DNA of 64,000 bases from Felis catus (taxonomy: Eukaryota), in assembly GCF_018350175.1 (NCBI RefSeq), contig NC_058378.1, positions 5,766,001 through 5,830,000 of the forward strand. Reading direction: 5' to 3'. The translations under genes and the position numbers were made by a program. How positions within the stretch are numbered: the stretch's first letter is position 1; each line of letters begins with the position of its first letter. Shown one piece after another: positions 61,129-64,000 of this stretch. Below the pieces are notes generated by a model, which saw only the letters and a list, made by a program, of their open reading frames with translations, was not told the origin of the DNA and ran no database searches.

Positions 61129-62364
61129 CATAGGGCCTGCCGATGAAGAGAATCCACGGATTGTCTCTAGTAAGGAAGGTGAATAAAGCAAGGGAGGAGA
61201 CGCAGGTATTGATTTTATGTATTTTTACTCATTTTATTTATCCATCTTTTTTTTATTTTACATGAAGAGAACTGGCCAGTAAAGACGTGCAACCAAGAGA
61301 AGTCAGGTTGAGAGGTTCCCCGATAGGTTGCCACTGGCCGTTTTATCAAGTCATTTGGGTTGGGTAAAATCAGCTAAAAAGTAAGTTAATCCTAACTTGG
61401 CAATCTGTGTTAGTAGGAAACAGAGATAACACGTCGTGAGGGAGAAGGAGGGGGGAGGAGGGCGTTTAAGTGTGATATAGTAACAACAACCCACAACCCA
61501 ACTGCCTCCCCAAGATACGGCTCATCGCGTCAGCATTTAGAAATGGGCTTGGACTTGGCCTAACTACAGCGGATTGACTAAGCACATTGACATTCAAAGC
61601 TGCAAAGTTTCCAAAACAGCCCCCAGACCCTACCAAGGAAAACTTACTTGTCTTCTGTGATAATTCGTATTCAAATAAAAGGCCCATTGATCAGAGGAAG
61701 AAACAATGACCAAAAAAAATCAGGTAACCGCTTTCTTGCATGTTGTCTATGTGATGCTGATTTGTAGGAGACCTATGTACAACAAAGTCAGCAACAGACC
61801 AAGCCAAGTTTTATTCTGAAGTGGTTTCTATTTTAAATCAAGCATCAACTTGTAATATAGATCACCAGCGTTCCTTGGATCAAATTAGACATTCATTCCT
61901 TCACTAGTTATAAAAATTAAATAAACAAAATGGCTCCTTCTCCCTTTTGGCTGCTTTATCAGATAATCGTGACCATGATTTTATTGGGAAGGGCGGAACC
62001 GCTTTTCAGTTTTATTTTTTCCCCACCATAAATATTGACAGTTTCTCATTATGCAAAATACTCTGTATTTAATTAACAATTAGGCTTTGAAACTGAGCTT
62101 GCAGGCTTATTGATTGTATATTTTAATTTTTAGAAACATCGCTATGCTCACAGACATTGATGAGCAAATGACCGGTGCAGTTTACAACCTTCATTGGGCA
62201 TTGGTGATTCCTTCCAAGGGTCTCTTTTTTGGTCAATCCATACGGGGCTGTATAAGCCTGCTGGGATGCCAGCCTTTTGCCTGTGGCCTCCTTTCATTGC
62301 CCTGAGATGCAGGTCCTTGGTCTCCCAAGCCTGGATTTTACCCAGGACTGAGATATAGGGAAGG

Positions 62365-62515
62365 AGATCTGAGTTTGAATTAGGATCTTCCCCTCCTGGA
62401 GCTTTATGACCTTGGAGAGACCACTGCCCGTTTCTTCCTCTCCGTTCCCTCACCCCTCATCGGTGAAATAATAGGGTTAAGCTGGCTGATACTGACGGTC
62501 CTTTTATACTTCTAA
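62365..62515 (+). mobile_element. MIR/MIR3 fragment
   Basis: atctgagtttgaat..tgaccttgg..cctcatcggtgaaataatagggtt..ggtcctt. Confidence 0.6.
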
Positions 62516-62722
62516 TTTGAAGGCAGAGCAAATATTCTGAGATAGTTCTCCAGCAACACTATAGAGGTCTTCACCCACAGCTGGACGTTATCCTGGGAAA
62601 GAACTGAAAAGTTCCAATTAAGGATAAATTAAGGGTTTTCAGCCTTTCTTTAAAGATGTATGGATACACACGATTCCAGAGTATATAGTACATGATTAGA
62701 TAAAATATTCAGTTTGCTAGAG

Positions 62723-62880
62723 GCAGTGCTATGCTGGTAAACGTTGTACAACTGGCTTTAAAAAGGCTGTGAGTTGCCATATTTGCGGATTGTCACGGCA
62801 CAAATGCTCCCACGACGGTTAATTTCAAGCTTCCGATACAAAATCATTCAACGCTGACCATGAACTTGAGTTGAGACCAT
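62723..62880. mobile_element. MER63-like hAT-Blackjack element
   Basis: cagtgctatgctggtaaacgttgtacaactggct..atttgcggatt..aaatgctcccac..atttcaagct. Confidence 0.7.
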
Positions 62881-63116
62881 ACGCAGAGACTCTTATCTAA
62901 ACTAGGATCATTTCTTATATATCAAATTAAAAAATTTTTTTTTATCTATCAAGTGTGGGAATAGCACTTACTCTGTCTTCTGTGGCTACAACATATCATA
63001 TAAATGCATTTTGGAAAACTTAAACTGCTGGCCAAAGACAAATCACAACGACTATTACTTTTACTGAAAGGGACAAATTTTTATGTGCTAAATGCATTTA
63101 AAAATAAGTTTTAACA

Positions 63117-63285
63117 GGGATGTCTTGGTGGCTCAGTCAGTTGGGCATCTGACTCTTGATTTTGGCTCAGGTCACGATCTCATGATTCAGGAGTTTGAGC
63201 CCCGTGTCGAGATCTATGCTGACAGTATGAAGTCTGTTGGCATTCTCTCTCTTTCCCTCTGTCTCAAAATAAATAAGTACTAAAA
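63117..63285 (+). mobile_element. Can-SINE
   Basis: tggtggctcagtcagttggg..ctcaggtcacgatctc..ctgtctcaaaataaataa. Confidence 0.92.
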
Positions 63286-63324
63286 ACATAATAACTTTGA
63301 ACAGACTCAAGCTACCAACTCTTC

Positions 63325-63410
63325 TGATTAAGGTTCTTTCAGTTGCAAGAAACAAAAATCTACTCAAGCTAACTGGAATAACTTTCGCCAAAGGAAATCA
63401 ATCATTTTTG
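63325..63410 (+). mobile_element. Old MaLR LTR 5' fragment (MLT1K/L-like)
   Basis: attaaggttctttcagttgcaagaaacaaaaatctactcaagcta resembles the MLT1 5' end. Confidence 0.5.
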
Positions 63411-63931
63411 TATCATCTGAGAACGTAAAAGCGGCCATCGATTGAGGTCAGTCTTATTTGCTCAAGTTTCAGATTCTCGATCTCTGGCTCCTTCCAGTTT
63501 TCTCTCCCTGTGCTTACACATTAGGCCATTGCTAATAGTGTCCTTGTCCCCAATCTCCTCTGTCCATCACCACCTGATTGTGAGCACTGTGCTCTTAGTT
63601 CAAATTTGAGAAAGAGAAAGGGACCAAGGGTAGGGGTGTGAGGAATCTGGGGAGACTGATTTATGTAGACGGTGAGTTGCCTCATATCGTTAGAACGAAC
63701 ACAAAAGTGACAGAACAAACCCTGTCGGTGAAAATACTAAAAGTGAACATCGGTTGCTGTCGGTCAACAACTAGATAATCTAGTCACTGATGTTTTCTTG
63801 AGGCCAAGAGCTATTGGTCGGTGATGGGAAATCTGGAGAAACGCGTAATTAGCAACTGCTTTGCCTGGTGGCCATATTATGGCCCATGAGAGTCCACTGA
63901 GGCATGAGCACTGCTGTAAAAACTTACTATA

Positions 63932-64000
63932 GGGGCGCCTGGGTGGCGCAGTCGGTTAAGCGTCCGACTTCAGCCAGGTCACGATCTCGCGGTCCGTGAG
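63932..64000 (+). mobile_element. Young feline Can-SINE, cut by the window end
   Basis: ggggcgcctgggtggcgcagtcggttaagcgtccgacttcagccaggtcacgatctcgcggtccgtgag. Confidence 0.96.

Noticed and set aside
1-64000. CRISPR arrays, operons, defence systems, endogenous viral coding sequence or processed pseudogenes
   Set aside because: No repeat-spacer array, long ORF or recognisable retrocopy was seen. The sequence is mammalian non-coding DNA.

Overview
Mammalian non-coding DNA from a felid, judged by the abundant feline-type Can-SINEs and carnivore L1 3' ends. Five N-gaps suggest a short-read assembly. I recognise no protein-coding gene, RNA gene, CRISPR array or prokaryotic-type system. The listed ORFs are SINE, L1 or L2 reading frames, N-gap artefacts or chance ORFs; the only recognisable protein remnant is the L1 ORF2 C-terminus. 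The window holds about 34 Can-SINEs, several L1 fragments, old MIR and L2 copies, MER-type DNA transposons and MLT1 LTRs, separated by repeat-free, motif-rich stretches. SINEs lie 25:9 on the + strand, and most L1s and both LTRs are also on +, which suggests a large intron of a minus-strand gene that I cannot name. The best leads are a candidate internal minus-strand promoter and first exon (about 40.2-40.5 kb), several well-formed orphan exons, two unassigned 125-180 bp imperfect palindromes, repeated reuse of the same SINE target site, and a three-layer nested insertion. I found no convincing evidence of a wholly new biological system. Repeat subfamily names come from recalled consensus similarity, and boundaries of old repeats are approximate.
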